Shown in pieces: positions 53,851 to 64,000 of a stretch of DNA of 64,000 nt. The position numbers and the translations under genes are program-made. Positions within the stretch are counted from its first letter, which is position 1. The number at the start of each line of letters is the position of its first letter. This stretch comes from Acidobacteriota bacterium (GTDB taxonomy: Bacteria; Acidobacteriota; Thermoanaerobaculia; UBA5066; Gp7-AA6). The stretch covers positions 11,625-75,624 of the forward strand of contig DAHUXD010000039.1 in NCBI GenBank assembly GCA_027307335.1, in the 5' to 3' direction. The notes under the pieces were generated by a model, which had not been told where the DNA came from, did not search any database, and saw only the letters and a program-made list of their open reading frames with translations.

Positions 53851-56697
53851 ATGAGACGCTTCGCCGCCGCCCTGGCGCTCGCTCTGGCGCCGCTCGCCGC
53901 CCTCGCGCAGGTCCTGCCCGGCCACCGCCTGCCCGACGGGGCCGACCGCCCGGTCCGGGACCGCGCGTACCACATCGAGAAATACGTCGCGGAGCTCTCC
54001 TTCGACATGGAGAAGGAGGAGATCGCCGGAACGGCGACGGTCACGTTCCAGTCGCTGCGGGCGCCGCTCGACACGCTCTCGCTCGACGCGGCGCGGCTCG
54101 ACGTCTCGCGCGTCGAGCGCGACGGAAAGCCTCTCCAGTTCCAGGTGGATTCGAAGAACTTCAAGCTGAACGTGGCGCTCGGAGCGCCGCTCCCGCTGGG
54201 CCAGTCCGCCACCGTCCGCGTCGCCTATCGCGCGCACCCGCGGGTCGGTCTCTACTTCTTCCCCGGCTCCGGCAAGGAGGAGGCGCAGGCCTGGAACTAC
54301 GGCGAGGGAGGCCTGCACGATGCCTGGCTCCCGATCTACAACGACACGAACGACCGCTTCGCCGTCGAGTTCGTGGTGACCGTTCCGAAGGGTTTCACCG
54401 CCGTGTCGAACGGAACGCTCGAGGGGCCCAGGGAGAACGCCGATGGCTCGCGCACGTTCCACTGGGTCGAAGAGAAGCCGATCCCGAATTACCTGATGAC
54501 CGTCGACGTCGGCCACTTCGCGCGGGTGCCGCTCGCGGATGCGAAGGTCGGCGACCGGTCGGTGCCGCTGGCCGTGTGGACGCGACCCGGCGGCGAGGAC
54601 GCCGCCCGGTACACGTTCGGCGACACGCCGAAGATGGTCGAGTTCTTCTCGCAGAAGATGGGCTACCCGTACCCGTGGGTGAAATACGACCAGGTCGTCG
54701 TCCGCGACTTCGCGGTCGGCGCGATGGAGACCACGACCGCGACGGGCTTCGGCGCCTCGCACGTCCACGTCGCGGGCGATCCGCCCGACTCGGGCCCCGA
54801 CTTCTCCGAGGCGTGGCCCGTCTTCACGGTCGAGGACACGATCTCGCACGAGCTCGCGCACCACTGGTTCGGCGACCTCGTGACCTGCCGCTCGATCGGA
54901 TCGATCTGGCTGAACGAGTCCTTCGCGACGTTCTGGCACACGGTCTGGAACCAGCACGCCCACGGCGAGGACGACCTGACCTACCAGCGCTGGTGGTACC
55001 TGAACAAGTACGTCGACCACACCCGGGAGACGGGCGAGGTTCGCCCGATGGAGTACCTGAAGTACACGGAGCCGACCGCGATGTATCAGGAGGAGCTGAC
55101 GTACGTGAAGGGCTCCCTCGTCCTCCACATGCTGCGGCACTTCCTCGGCGACGAGGACTTCTACCGGATGATCGCGTCGTACCTGCAGCGGCACCAGTTC
55201 GGCAGCGTCGAGTCGGCGGACCTCTACGAGGCGATCGAGCTCGCCGCGGGGCACAACTTCTCGTGGTTCTTCCAGGACTGGATCGTCGGGGGCGGAGGGC
55301 ATCCCCGGTTCGACGTCTCCTACCGGTGGGTCCCCGAGCGCCAGCAGGTCGACGTCACGGTCAAGCAGATCCAGGCGGACCTGCCGTTCGAGAACGACTT
55401 CCGGCTGCCGGTCGAGATCGAGGTCGTGGATGCCTCCGGCGCGGCCGCGACGCACCGCGTGGAGCTTTCGCGCTGGTCGACGACGGTGGCGCTGCCGGCG
55501 GCGAGCCGGCCGCGGCGCGTCACGTTCGATAAGGGCGGCTGGCTCGTGTGCGAGGTCAAGTACGAGCGGCCGATCGGCGAGGTGCTCGACGAGCTCGACC
55601 ACGCGGACCTCTCGAACCGCCTTCGGGCCGCGCCGCAGCTCGCGGACGACTTCGGCCGCGAACCGCGCGCCGTCGCGGCGCTGTCGCGGGTCCTCGCCGA
55701 CCCGGCGTCGCACTGGGGCCTCAAGCAGGAGGCGGCGCTCGACCTCGGCCGCGCGGGCGGGGCCTCGGCGGCGCGCGCGCTCGAGAAGGCGCTCGCGTCG
55801 GAGCCGAACCCGCGCGTGCGCCGCGCGGTCGCCATCGGCCTCGGCACGTGCGGCGAGGCGTCGTCGGCCGCGGCTCTCCGTCGCGCCGTCGAGACCGACC
55901 GCGCCGAGGACGTGATCGGCGCCGCCGAGATCTCCCTCGGGCGGATCGGCGCTGCGGGCACGAAGGACTTCCTCGTCCGGCAGCTCGCGCGGGACTCGCG
56001 CTGGTGGGACTCGATCCGGGTGTCGGCAGTCAGCGGCCTCGGCAAGCTCGACGATCCGACGCTCGCCGGCACGTTCTCCGGATACACCGATCCGAAATAC
56101 GTTCCGGAGCTCCGGTCGGCCGCGCTTTCGGGATGGCTCGCCGCCGCCCCGGACGATCCGAATCTGTCGGCCGCGCTCCGCACGCTGACGAACGACCGCA
56201 ATCGCGGGATCCGCGAGGACGCGGTCAAGAAGCTCGCCGCGCTCCACCACGCGTCGGACCTCGCGCTGCTCAAGGAGCTCGAGGCAGATCCGGATCCGAC
56301 GATCGCCTACTTCGCGAAGGCGGGGGCGGAGGAGACGGAGGGTTTCGTGAAACGGTATGGGCGGGGCTTGTCCCCGCCCGCTCGCGGGCGGCCGCAAGGG
56401 CCGCCCCTACGGCGGAGTGAGCCTCAGGCCGCGGCCTCCCCGTCCCTCACGATCCTTCCGTCCTTGATCTCCACCACCCGTCCCGCGCGCCGGGCGAGCG
56501 TCAGGTCGTGCGTGATGACGACGAGCGTCGAGCCCTGCTGCCAGAGCTCGGTGAAGAGGCCCATGATGTCGCCGCCGGCCGAAGTGTCGAGGTTCCCGGT
56601 CGGCTCGTCCGCGAGGATCACGTCCGGCTTCATCGCGAGCGCGCGGGCGATCGCGACTCGCTGCATCTGCCCGCCCGAGAGCTCGGTCGGCTTGTGA
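53851..56697 (+). CDS. M1 family zinc aminopeptidase with C-terminal HEAT repeats (natural end probably about 56358; stop apparently lost)
   Basis: GGAGG RBS; signal peptide; AVSNG, GAMET, HELAHHWFGD..WLNESFA, Y.KG..VLHML; the frame runs on through a REP into the opposite-strand ATPase gene. Confidence 0.85.
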   Translation: MRRFAAALALALAPLAALAQVLPGHRLPDGADRPVRDRAYHIEKYVAELSFDMEKEEIAGTATVTFQSLRAPLDTLSLDAARLDVSRVERDGKPLQFQVDSKNFKLNVALGAPLPLGQSATVRVAYRAHPRVGLYFFPGSGKEEAQAWNYGEGGLHDAWLPIYNDTNDRFAVEFVVTVPKGFTAVSNGTLEGPRENADGSRTFHWVEEKPIPNYLMTVDVGHFARVPLADAKVGDRSVPLAVWTRPGGEDAARYTFGDTPKMVEFFSQKMGYPYPWVKYDQVVVRDFAVGAMETTTATGFGASHVHVAGDPPDSGPDFSEAWPVFTVEDTISHELAHHWFGDLVTCRSIGSIWLNESFATFWHTVWNQHAHGEDDLTYQRWWYLNKYVDHTRETGEVRPMEYLKYTEPTAMYQEELTYVKGSLVLHMLRHFLGDEDFYRMIASYLQRHQFGSVESADLYEAIELAAGHNFSWFFQDWIVGGGGHPRFDVSYRWVPERQQVDVTVKQIQADLPFENDFRLPVEIEVVDASGAAATHRVELSRWSTTVALPAASRPRRVTFDKGGWLVCEVKYERPIGEVLDELDHADLSNRLRAAPQLADDFGREPRAVAALSRVLADPASHWGLKQEAALDLGRAGGASAARALEKALASEPNPRVRRAVAIGLGTCGEASSAAALRRAVETDRAEDVIGAAEISLGRIGAAGTKDFLVRQLARDSRWWDSIRVSAVSGLGKLDDPTLAGTFSGYTDPKYVPELRSAALSGWLAAAPDDPNLSAALRTLTNDRNRGIREDAVKKLAALHHASDLALLKELEADPDPTIAYFAKAGAEETEGFVKRYGRGLSPPARGRPQGPPLRRSEPQAAASPSLTILPSLISTTRPARRASVRSCVMTTSVEPCCQSSVKRPMMSPPAEVSRFPVGSSARITSGFIASARAIATRCICPPESSVGL
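56355..56410. repeat. GTAG-type REP doublet with a GTAT variant at the left end
   Basis: GTATGGGCGGGGCTTGTCCCCGCCC...GGGCGGCCGCAAGGGCCGCCCCTAC, compared with the 59716 copy. Confidence 0.85.
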
Positions 56698-57113
56698 TCC
56701 ATGCGATCGCCGAGGCCGACCTTCGTCAGGAGCTCCACGACCCGCTCGCGCCGCTTCCTCGGCGGCACGCCCCCGAAGAGGAGCGGCAGCTCGACGTTCT
56801 CGAAGGCCGAGATCTGCGACAGGAGATTGAAGCCCTGGAAGACGAAGCCGACGCGGCGGTTGCGCACGTCGGCGAGCGCGTCGCGCGTGAACTTCGAGAC
56901 GTCCTCGCCGCCCAGGCGGTACCGCCCCTCGGTCGGCGTGTCGAGGCAGCCGATCAGGTTCATCAGCGTGGACTTCCCGGAACCCGACGGCCCGACGACC
57001 GCCACGAACTCGCCCTGCTGAACGGAGAAGTCGATGCCCATCAGGGCCTCGACCTTCACCTTGCCGGTGTCGTACACCTTCCGGATCCCCTGCATCTCGA
57101 TGATGGCGGTCAT
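56424..57113 (-). CDS. ABC transporter ATP-binding protein (LolD/MacB-type)
   Basis: GPSGSGKST, GFVFQ, LSGGQMQRVAIARAL, ILADEPTGNLD, VITH. Confidence 0.95.
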   Translation of the reverse strand: MTAIIEMQGIRKVYDTGKVKVEALMGIDFSVQQGEFVAVVGPSGSGKSTLMNLIGCLDTPTEGRYRLGGEDVSKFTRDALADVRNRRVGFVFQGFNLLSQISAFENVELPLLFGGVPPRKRRERVVELLTKVGLGDRMDHKPTELSGGQMQRVAIARALAMKPDVILADEPTGNLDTSAGGDIMGLFTELWQQGSTLVVITHDLTLARRAGRVVEIKDGRIVRDGEAAA

Positions 57114-57125
57114 GGCATCTCCATC

Positions 57126-57196
57126 GGGGTCAGGTCTCTAGAAGAGCGTTCTCGTCTCATTTCTGGACCAAACCGCTCATTGAGAGACCTGACCCC
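57126..57196. repeat. GGGGTCAGGTCT...AGACCTGACCCC palindromic element, copy 2
   Basis: Perfect 14-bp inverted arms; shares AAGAGCGT with the copy at 14836. Confidence 0.75.
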
Positions 57197-57197
57197 A

Positions 57198-58454
<1,257 letters not shown>

Positions 58455-58465
58455 GGCTTCGATCG

Positions 58466-59701
58466 CTACAGCTTCATCGCGACCACGGGGTCGAGACGCG
58501 AGGCCTCGCGCGCCGGGAAGTAGCCCGCGACGAGGCCGGTCAGCCCGAGGACCGCCGCGGTCAGGAGCGCGACGCCCATCGAGACGTCCGGATCGCCGAC
58601 GTACTGCGTCACCTTGAAGGACGGGAAGACCGCGCAGACCGCCATCGAGATCCCGAAGCCCACGAGCCCGCCCATCGCGGTGATGAGCAGCGTCTCGAGC
58701 AGGAACTGGCGCAGGATCCACGGCGTCTTCGCGCCGAGGGCCATCTTGATGCCGATCTCCTTGGTGCGCTCCTCGACGACGACGTTCATGATGTTCGACA
58801 CCCCGATGCCGCCGACGATGAGGGTGAACGAGCCGATGATGCCGAGGAACAGCCGGAACGACAGGAAGAACGTCGCGAGGAACGCGAACTGCTCGGTCGC
58901 GTCCCAGACCGAGAAGGCCTCCTTGTCCTCGGGATCGAACCGCTGGCGGCCCGCGAGCACGCGGCGCACGCCGTCGGTGACGGCCTTGCTGTCCTTCATG
59001 ACCGCAGGCTGGTAGATGAGGTTGTCGACCCACTTCGAGCCCGTCAGCGCGCGGAACGTCGTGCCGGGAATGAAGCCCTTGCCGTTGTCGCGGCCGCTGT
59101 AGCTCGACTGCTGGATCTTCTCCTCGAGGACGCCGATCACGAGGAACGGCGAGCCCTTCAGCATCACCGTCTTGCCGACCGGGTCGGTCCCCTTGCCGAA
59201 GACCTGCTCGGCGAGCTTCCAGCCGATGAAGAGGACGCGCCGCTGCTCGTCCATGTCGGTCGGGTTGATGAACCGGCTGCCCGGCTGCGGGTTGATGTTG
59301 CGCATGAAGCCGAACTCCGGTGCAACGCCGGACACGTCGACCGCGACCGTCTTCGTTCCGTAGTTCATCTTCATCGTGTCCGAGTACTCGCTCGAGACCG
59401 CGCGGATGCCCGGCGCCTGCCGGCGGATCGCCTCGACGTCGTCCTCGTTGATGCGGATCTTCCGCCCCTTGCCGAGCCCCTCGAACGGGATCGACGTGAG
59501 GCCCGGCCAGGCGATGCAGATGCCGTCGCCGAGGCCCGCGGCGTTGACCACCATCTGGCTCTGCATGCCCTTGCCGAAGGCGAGGAGCAGCGTGACGGAG
59601 ACCGTTCCCCAGACGATGCCGAAGACGGTCAGGAACGTGCGCAGCTTCTGGCTGCGCATGTCGCGCCACATCTGGCGGAGGGCGTCGCGGAGGGAGAGCA
59701 C
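58466..59701 (-). CDS. ABC transporter permease (MacB/FtsX family)
   Basis: KLRTFLTVFGIVWG, GGIGVSNIM..VEERTKEIGIKMALGA, PAREASRLDP. Confidence 0.92.
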   Translation of the reverse strand: MLSLRDALRQMWRDMRSQKLRTFLTVFGIVWGTVSVTLLLAFGKGMQSQMVVNAAGLGDGICIAWPGLTSIPFEGLGKGRKIRINEDDVEAIRRQAPGIRAVSSEYSDTMKMNYGTKTVAVDVSGVAPEFGFMRNINPQPGSRFINPTDMDEQRRVLFIGWKLAEQVFGKGTDPVGKTVMLKGSPFLVIGVLEEKIQQSSYSGRDNGKGFIPGTTFRALTGSKWVDNLIYQPAVMKDSKAVTDGVRRVLAGRQRFDPEDKEAFSVWDATEQFAFLATFFLSFRLFLGIIGSFTLIVGGIGVSNIMNVVVEERTKEIGIKMALGAKTPWILRQFLLETLLITAMGGLVGFGISMAVCAVFPSFKVTQYVGDPDVSMGVALLTAAVLGLTGLVAGYFPAREASRLDPVVAMKL

Positions 59702-59715
59702 GTCAGAGATCCGTC

Positions 59716-59767
59716 GTAGGGGCGGGGCTCGTCCCCGCCCGCGGGCGGCCGCAAGGGCCGCCCCTAC
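59716..59767. repeat. GTAG-type REP doublet within the ABC operon
   Basis: GTAGGGGCGGGGCTCGTCCCCGCCC-GC-GGGCGGCCGCAAGGGCCGCCCCTAC. Confidence 0.85.
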
Positions 59768-59804
59768 GTTGCCGCGGCTCGGCCGGGTTCATCGACGAAA
59801 AATC

Positions 59805-60923
59805 CTAGTCGACGGCCGACGTCAGCTTCTTCGGCGGCCGCTCCAGGACCTTCGCCCCCATCGAGAGGCCATCGACCACCTGGGTCGTCAGCCCGTCGGA
59901 GACGCCGAGCTTGACCGCGACCTTCTTCGCCGGCTCCTTCGGGGTCGCGCCCGGCAGCTCGACGGAGGTCTTCTTGCCGCCGTCCTCGAAGATCACGACG
60001 CGCTCGGGGATCGTCGGGACGTCCTTGACCTCGCGGATGATCAGGTCCGCGTTGGCGGAGTAGCCCGCGCGGAGCGTGATGTGGGAGGCCGGGTCGAGCT
60101 CGATCTCGACGTCGAAGAGCGTCGCGCCCTCCTTCTGCTGTGCCTGCGGCGCGATGCGCGAGACCTTTCCCGTGACGACGTCGGTCGGCAGCGCGCCGAC
60201 CTTGATGCGCGCGATCATGCCGGCGTGGAGCTTGCCGACGTCGATCTCGTCCACCGTGCCCTTGAAGATCAGGTCGCCCATGTCGGCGATCGCGGCGAGC
60301 TCCGTGCCCGGCTGGTACGAGGTCAGCGGTACGACCGGGTCGCCCGGGTTCACGGCGCGCGTCAGGACGGTGCCCGCCGCGGGCGCGCGGATGATCGACT
60401 CCATGTTGACCGTCTCGGTCGTGATCTTGCCGTTGCGGGTCAGGTCGCGCTGCTGCTCGGCCTTCGCGACGGCCACCTTCGCGAGCTCGTACGCTTCGCG
60501 CTTGACGTCGAGGTCCGACGTCGGAAGCACGCCGTCCTTCGACAGCTGCTGGGCCCGATCGAACTCCGCCTTCGCCCGGTCCAGGGTCGCGCGCGTCGAG
60601 TCGAGCTGTCGGTCGACGTCGGTCAGCTCCTGCGGCGTCGGGTCCGGCGCGATCTCCAGGAGCGCGTCGCCGGGCCTCACGCGGTCGCCGACGTTGACCA
60701 TGCAGCGCTTGACGATGCCCGAGATCTTGGACTTGATCGAGAACTTCTGACGGGGCTGGATCTGGCCGACGGCGAGGGCCTTCTCGGTGATCGAGCCCTT
60801 CTCGACGGTCACCAATTTCCGGTCGCCGTCGGCGCCCTTGCCGTTCCGGGTCAGGGCGTACACGCCCGCCGCGGCGGCGACCAGCACGAAAAGCAGCAGC
60901 AGCGTCTTGAAGAGCCTGGACAT
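59805..60923 (-). CDS. Efflux periplasmic adaptor (MacA/HlyD-like membrane fusion protein)
   Basis: N-terminal TM; IKSKISGIV..VNVGDRV.PGD.L; IRAPAAGTV; VDEIDVGKL; GYSANADL. Confidence 0.9.
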   Translation of the reverse strand: MSRLFKTLLLLFVLVAAAAGVYALTRNGKGADGDRKLVTVEKGSITEKALAVGQIQPRQKFSIKSKISGIVKRCMVNVGDRVRPGDALLEIAPDPTPQELTDVDRQLDSTRATLDRAKAEFDRAQQLSKDGVLPTSDLDVKREAYELAKVAVAKAEQQRDLTRNGKITTETVNMESIIRAPAAGTVLTRAVNPGDPVVPLTSYQPGTELAAIADMGDLIFKGTVDEIDVGKLHAGMIARIKVGALPTDVVTGKVSRIAPQAQQKEGATLFDVEIELDPASHITLRAGYSANADLIIREVKDVPTIPERVVIFEDGGKKTSVELPGATPKEPAKKVAVKLGVSDGLTTQVVDGLSMGAKVLERPPKKLTSAVD

Positions 60924-61084
60924 GCCATCCTCCCGGGCGAAGAAGCGTCGCATCGCGCCGCTCAACGAAACCTTCCTTCGAAGGGAGTTACGCACCGGCC
61001 CATGGGAAGTTCCTCCGTTGAGACGCCGGAACGCCGCCCTTCGTTGCGGCCGGCGCTCGTAATCGGGCGGCCCTTCCGATATCG

Positions 61085-61633
61085 TTGGATGGCAAGGAGT
61101 TGCGCGTGATTCGAGGCGTACGGGTCTATCTCCGGGCCGTTGAGCGGGACGACCTGCCGCGGTGCCACCGCTGGATGAACGACGAGAAGCTCGTCGCCAC
61201 CCTCGCGCAGCGCTATCCGATGTCGGTCGCGCGCGAGGCGGACTGGATCGAGCGGGCCGCCCGCGGGCAGGACCCGTCGGAGCTCTCGCTCGCGATCTGT
61301 CTCTCGGACGACGACCGGCACATCGGCAACTGCGGGCTCGTGGGAATCGATCGCGACAACCGCACCGCGACGCTCGGCATCTTCATCGGCGAGGAAGAGT
61401 TCCGGGGCCGCGGCTTCGGGGCTGAGGCGCTGCGTCTGCTGTGCCGCTACGGGTTCGACGAACTCGACCTCCGCAAGATCCGGCTCGACGTGCAGGCGGA
61501 GAACGCCGCGGCGATGAAGACGTACGAGCGGCTCGGGTTCAAGCGCGAGGGGCTCCTGCGGGAAGAGGTCTACCGCAAGGGCCGGACGATCGACGTCGTC
61601 CGCATGGGGCTGCTGAAGGAAGAGATCACGTAG
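61085..61633 (+). CDS. GNAT acetyltransferase, RimJ/RimL family (start may be GTG 61106)
   Basis: VYLRAVE..DL, HIGNCGL, LGIFIG..RGRGFG, EN..A...YERLGF.REG.LR. Confidence 0.9.
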   Translation: MDGKELRVIRGVRVYLRAVERDDLPRCHRWMNDEKLVATLAQRYPMSVAREADWIERAARGQDPSELSLAICLSDDDRHIGNCGLVGIDRDNRTATLGIFIGEEEFRGRGFGAEALRLLCRYGFDELDLRKIRLDVQAENAAAMKTYERLGFKREGLLREEVYRKGRTIDVVRMGLLKEEIT

Positions 61634-61651
61634 CGTTCCATGCGGCGCGTT

Positions 61652-61716
61652 CGTCATCCCGAGGGCCGCTGGCCCGAGGGAGCCGCACCATGACTCGAAA
61701 GGATCCCTGACGCTCC
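61652..61716. repeat. Degenerate GTCATCCCGAG-type palindromic element
   Basis: CGTCATCCCGAGGG...CGAGGGA and GGATCCCT..CGCTC resemble the two halves of the 44601 element. Confidence 0.45.
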
Positions 61717-63284
61717 GCCGTTTTCTCCGCGACGTCCGCGACGTCCGCGACGGAGCGCTCCTCGTCGAATTCCCGGAGGCGTCCGACGAGGAGGCCAATG
61801 GCGCCGCGGTCGCTCTCGCGCGGCGCCTGTCCGCGGCGTCGATTCACGGGTTCCGCGACGCGATTCCCGCCGCGCGGACCGTCCTCGTCCTGTTCGACGT
61901 CCGGGACGCATCCCGAGGCGCCGTGGAGGAGGCGATCGAGCGGGCCGCGGGGCGGACGGAGCCGGCCGCCGGGGCGTCGCGTCTCGTCCGGATCCCGGTC
62001 GCGTACGGCGGCGCGGCGGCATTCGACCTCGCGGAGCTCGCCCGCGGCGCCGGTCTGCCGGAGGCGGAGCTCGCGCGCCGGCACGCCGCGGCCGAGTACC
62101 GCGTCGCCTTCCTCGGCTTCGCGCCGGGGTTCCCGTACCTGACCGGGCTCCCGCCCGAGCTTCGCGCGGCGCGGCTCCCGAGCCCGCGGCCGCGGGTCCC
62201 GGCGGGAGCCGTCGCGATCGGCGGCCCCTGGACGGGCGTGTATCCGGCGGCGATGCCGGGGGGCTGGCGGCTCATCGGAAGGACCTCCGCGCGCCTCTTC
62301 GACGCGGGCGCGTCCCGGCCGGCTCTTCTCGCCGCGGGCGACCGCGTGCGCTTCGAGCCGGCCGCCGAGGGCGAGCTGCCGGTCGTCGCGGCCGCCGCTT
62401 CGCGCCCGCGCTCGCTCGACGGTCGTGCGGCCTTCCGCGTCGAGGCGCCGGGTCTCTTCGCGTCCGTCCAGGGCGCGCCGCGGTATGGCCTCGGGTCCTC
62501 GGGCGTGCCGCCCGGCGGCGCGATGGACCTCCGCTCGCTCGCCCGGGCGAACGCTCTCGTCGGCAACGGGGCGGACGATCCGGCTCTCGAGATCGCGCTC
62601 GCCGGACCCGAGCTCGTGGCGCTCGAGGACTCGGTCGTCGCGCTCGCCGGCGCGCCCTGCGTGGCGGAGATCGACGGCCGTCCGGCGCCTCTCGCGGAGG
62701 CGTTCCTCCTCCCGACGGGCCGTCGGCTGCGAATCGGGCGGGTCCATGGGGGCGCCCGCGTCTATCTCGCGGTCGAGGGTGGTTTCGACGCCGAGGACGC
62801 GCCGGGACGGCTGTCGCCGCCACTCGCCGGCGGGCAGGTGCTCGCCGTTCGGCCGACGGCTACCCCGCGGGGCTCCGGCCGCATCCCGGGCGGACCGGAA
62901 CGGGAGGCGGAGCGCGTGCTGCGCGTCGCGGTCGGGCCGCACTCGGACCACTTCGAGCCGGCGTCCGCGGATCGCCTCCTCGCCGCAACCTGGCGCGTGT
63001 CGCCGGTGAGCGACCGGCGGGGGCTTCGCCTCGAGGGCGAGCGCCTCGAGCATGGACGGCCGGCCGAGGTGCCGCCCCAGGGGACCGTGCCGGGCACGAT
63101 CCAGGTTCCCGGCGACGGGCAGCCGATCGTGCTCGGACCCGACGGGCCGGTGACCGGCGGCTACCCCCAGATCGCGACGGTGATCGAGGCGGATCTCCCG
63201 CATCTCGGTCAGGCGGCGCCGGGAGACCGGCTCCGATTTCGAATCGCGACGCGCGAGGACGCCGAGGCCGCGCGCCGGGAGTAG
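61707..63284 (+). CDS. pxpBC: 5-oxoprolinase subunit B-C fusion (PxpB/KipI + PxpC/KipA); start codon uncertain (CTG?)
   Basis: In-frame DGALLVEF..IPAARTVLV.FD upstream of the called ORF; FLGFAPGFPYL, GVYP..PGGWRLIG (PxpB); GAMD..AN.LVGN, DRRGLRL, GTIQVP.DGQPIVL, TGGYPQIA (PxpC). Confidence 0.8.
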   Translation: MTLRRFLRDVRDVRDGALLVEFPEASDEEANGAAVALARRLSAASIHGFRDAIPAARTVLVLFDVRDASRGAVEEAIERAAGRTEPAAGASRLVRIPVAYGGAAAFDLAELARGAGLPEAELARRHAAAEYRVAFLGFAPGFPYLTGLPPELRAARLPSPRPRVPAGAVAIGGPWTGVYPAAMPGGWRLIGRTSARLFDAGASRPALLAAGDRVRFEPAAEGELPVVAAAASRPRSLDGRAAFRVEAPGLFASVQGAPRYGLGSSGVPPGGAMDLRSLARANALVGNGADDPALEIALAGPELVALEDSVVALAGAPCVAEIDGRPAPLAEAFLLPTGRRLRIGRVHGGARVYLAVEGGFDAEDAPGRLSPPLAGGQVLAVRPTATPRGSGRIPGGPEREAERVLRVAVGPHSDHFEPASADRLLAATWRVSPVSDRRGLRLEGERLEHGRPAEVPPQGTVPGTIQVPGDGQPIVLGPDGPVTGGYPQIATVIEADLPHLGQAAPGDRLRFRIATREDAEAARRE

Positions 63285-63296
63285 GATGAACATCCC

Positions 63297-64000
63297 TTGA
63301 GCATCGATCTGAACGCGGACGTCGGCGAGGGAATGGACGACGCGGCGCTGCTGCCGTTCGTCACCTCCGCGAACGTCGCGTGCGGCATGCACGCGGGAGA
63401 TCCGACCGTGATGGACGAGACCGTCGCGCTCGCGCTCTCGCACGGCGTACGGGTCGGCGCGCACCCGGGGTATCCCGACCGACAGCACTTCGGGCGCGCG
63501 GCCGTCGAGCTCTCCGCCGAGGCCGTCGAGGACCTCGTCCTCTACCAGGTCGCGGCGCTCGACGGGTTCGTGCGCTCGCGCGGCGGGACGCTGACGCACG
63601 TCAAGCCGCACGGCGCGCTGTACCACAGCGGCGCCGAGTTCCCGGACGTCGCGCGGGCGATCGCCGAGGGCGTGCGGCGGTTCCGCACGAGCCTCGTGCT
63701 CGTCGGCGCCGCGGGGTCGATGCTGATCGAGGCGGGGCGCGACGCGGGGCTCGCCGTCGCCGAGGAGGCGTTCGCGGACCGCCGCTATCGCCGGGACGGC
63801 TCCCTCGTTCCGCGCGGCGAGGCGCGGGCCCTGATCACCGAGGCGGACGAGGTTGCTGACCAGGCCGTCTCGATCGCCCGGGACCGCGCCGTCACGACGG
63901 CCGACGGGGCCCGCATTCCCGTGCGCGCCGACACCCTCTGCCTGCACGGCGACACACCGGGGGCGGCGTCGCTTGCCCGTGGCATCCACGAGCGGTTCCG
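63297..64000 (+). CDS. pxpA: 5-oxoprolinase subunit A (LamB/YcsF), partial at the window end
   Basis: SIDLNADVGEG, SANVACGMHAGD, GAHPGYPD, HVKPHGALY, EAFADRRY, TLCLHGD. Confidence 0.92.
   Translation, partial: MSIDLNADVGEGMDDAALLPFVTSANVACGMHAGDPTVMDETVALALSHGVRVGAHPGYPDRQHFGRAAVELSAEAVEDLVLYQVAALDGFVRSRGGTLTHVKPHGALYHSGAEFPDVARAIAEGVRRFRTSLVLVGAAGSMLIEAGRDAGLAVAEEAFADRRYRRDGSLVPRGEARALITEADEVADQAVSIARDRAVTTADGARIPVRADTLCLHGDTPGAASLARGIHERF

Noticed and set aside
53188..56397. 1069-aa minus-strand ORF
   Set aside because: Only 53188-53787 (YceI) is real. The rest is antisense to the M1 aminopeptidase.
63286..63300. Tiny ORF MNIP* before pxpA, as a frameshifted start or leader peptide
   Set aside because: PxpA homology begins right at TTG 63297 (SIDLNAD), so no frameshift is needed. 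The ATG overlaps the TAGGAT hexamer.

Overview
Very GC-rich bacterial DNA, densely packed with about 77 CDS. No rRNA, tRNA, CRISPR array, integrase or transposase was recognised. From position 1 to 53143, about 68 consecutive genes lie on the + strand. Most are small single-domain stress, detoxification or repair proteins: 8 VOC/glyoxalase, 5 DinB-like, 4 GNAT, 3 DHFR/RibD-C, 2 RidA, cupins, NTF2/DUF4440, MOSC and an alkyltransferase-like protein. The same run contains an ECF42-type sigma module, a CocE hydrolase, beta carbonic anhydrase, agmatinase, a PLP decarboxylase, TMEM175 and a sugar porter. It ends with a stand-alone dnaE2, a DUF5916-type outer-membrane protein and an alpha-2-macroglobulin. 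After that come yceI (-), an M1 aminopeptidase with HEAT repeats (+), a MacAB-like ABC exporter operon (-), a GNAT and a 5-oxoprolinase pxpBC-pxpA locus (+, cut off by the window end). Three non-coding patterns stand out. (i) A TANNNT hexamer sits 6-10 nt before many start codons that lack a Shine-Dalgarno sequence, suggesting leaderless mini-promoter gene modules. (ii) Four families of REP-like palindromes are present. One family supplies stop codons to genes, is inserted in-frame in dnaE2, and has lost its TAG in one copy. (iii) ECF42-, sigma54- and sigma70-like promoters are visible. All product calls come from motif recognition by eye, not database searches.
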